Assembly (NCBI GenBank): GCA_017883355.1
Contig: JADGNS010000011.1
Location: 1 to 16,648, forward strand
Length of the DNA stretch: 16,648 nt
From: Candidatus Solibacter sp.
GTDB lineage: Bacteria > Acidobacteriota > Terriglobia > Bryobacterales > Bryobacteraceae
Reading direction: 5' to 3'
Part shown: piece after piece, positions 16,097-16,648 of the stretch
Layout: every line of letters begins with the position of its first letter
Position numbering within the stretch: the first letter of the stretch is position 1
Notes under the pieces: generated by a model
The model's input: the letters and a program-made list of their open reading frames with translations, nothing else
What the model was told of the DNA's origin: nothing
Databases searched by the model: none
Made by a program: the position numbers and the translations under genes

Positions 16097-16648
<552 letters not shown>

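Overview
Positions 266-16648 form one uninterrupted minus-strand array of 32 co-directional genes. It starts with the 3' part of tuf (cut by the window edge) and runs through the S10, spc and alpha ribosomal-protein operons in canonical order: rpsJ-rplC-rplD-rplW-rplB-rpsS-rplV-rpsC-rplP-rpmC-rpsQ / rplN-rplX-rplE-rpsN-rpsH-rplF-rplR-rpsE-rpmD-rplO-secY-adk-map-infA-rpmJ / rpsM-rpsK-rpsD-rpoA-rplQ. Positions 1-110 hold the 3' end of a convergent plus-strand FtsX/MacB-type ABC permease. A purine-rich 155-nt spacer with a terminator-like hairpin separates it from rplQ. Two conserved short genes missing from the ORF track (rpmJ 3438-3551, rpmD 7100-7279) were recovered by hand translation. Six track ORFs were trimmed to biologically sensible starts (rpoA, rpsM, rplN, adk, map, infA). 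The high GC content and the permease C-terminus (...PARRAARLDPTNALRHE) fit an Acidobacteriota-like genome, but that is inference only. I see no CRISPR array, RNA gene, mobile element, defence or toxin gene, or unexplained coding space. The largest non-coding gap inside the array is 126 nt. I therefore find no evidence of a previously undescribed system; this is a core housekeeping locus. The points worth a second look are modest. They are a ~120-residue Arg/Asp/Gly repeat tail on uS3, a Cys4 motif in uL24 alongside zinc-type forms of uS4, uS14, bL36 and Adk, and a divergent IF-1 with a GTG start overlapping map. Others are non-ATG starts confined to adk/map/infA/rpsD, an 8-nt tuf-rpsJ junction with no S10 leader, and a few GC hairpins in the rare longer spacers. 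The many long plus-strand ORFs are antisense artefacts of high-GC coding sequence.
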